DNA from: Eledone cirrhosa
Lineage: Eukaryota
Direction: 5' to 3'
DNA length: 64,000 nt
Assembly: GCA_964016885.1 (NCBI GenBank)
Contig: OZ024742.1
Location: 283,588,001 to 283,652,000 of the forward strand
Of this stretch, positions 63,301-64,000 are shown piece by piece (within the stretch, counting starts at the first letter, position 1; every line of letters begins with the position of its first letter). The notes beneath the pieces were generated by a model. It had not been told where the DNA came from and searched no databases. It was given only the letters and a program-made list of their open reading frames with translations. Made by a program: the position numbers and the translations under genes.

Positions 63301-64000
63301 GGTCGAGTGGGATAGGGTGAGGTGAGCTTATCGTGACATGATTGGGGCCCCTATCATTAAAACACCCGATAAATTTCTTATCTGATGCAGCCTCAGAGGA
63401 GGTCAGTTAAACGTATATATATATAAGCAGCTACAAAAAAAAAAAAAAAGGAAGATGGTTGTGTGATGTCACTCCACCAAATAGGTCACCACTCAAGAAC
63501 AGGAACAGCCCTTCTGTCGGTCATCCAGTGCTTTGGCAACATTAAGCTATGGTAACAAACACTTGACCAAAGTACCACGCAATGGGAACAAATTCAATTC
63601 CACATAGTTGCGAAATGAATTTCTTAATCATGCAACCATTGACGGATATCAAAGGATAAAAATCAACCCCACCTCACCATCCCTTTCTCGAAACATATCC
63701 TGAGCAGTATTAACCCATGACCGAGCCACTAGATTTTCAGGTTTTTCGGGCGCACACTGACACTTAAATATTTTGCTCCACTACAACTCCCAAACATTGA
63801 TCAGCTAGTCCTTGCGTGACCCTACTCTGCTCTCCAGGTTTCATCCTAGTCAGTCTTATAATTAATATGGGTATGTTTAAATTAATTATCGAAAGTAAAT
63901 ATAAATTATTTTCCTAAAAAGTACCTGCTTTTTTGTTGTAAATCTTTACTTTTTAAATTTTTTAAATTTGTGAATTTCTTTTTGATACTGTCCTGCTGTT

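Overview
AT-rich eukaryotic (animal) genomic DNA. The dense C2H2 zinc-finger cluster and the repeat landscape most resemble an octopus/coleoid genome (inference, not verified). The window holds three intact C2H2-ZNF genes, each with one coding exon (about 20, 17 and 7 fingers), at least three ZNF pseudogene remnants, and four copies of a conserved putative promoter plus non-coding exon 1. Transposons include two decayed full-length Ty3/Gypsy LTR retrotransposons primed by tRNA-Trp, a solo LTR nested in another LTR, RTE-like LINE fragments, a CRE-like fragment, mariner fragments, a Helitron, MITEs and SINEs. Highlights: (1) three unrelated head-to-head inverted insertions in (TA)n tracts carry minimal type-I hammerhead ribozyme motifs (Penelope-like); one is in sense orientation in a ZNF intron; (2) one Gypsy copy has a 32-nt tRNA-Trp copy at its PBS fused to a truncated gag; (3) the other Gypsy copy has TA-starting LTRs, a 22-nt end filler and a 14-bp flanking duplication; (4) a ~390-bp segment copied from 5 kb away sits inside a LINE tail. 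All coordinates and alignments were read by eye.
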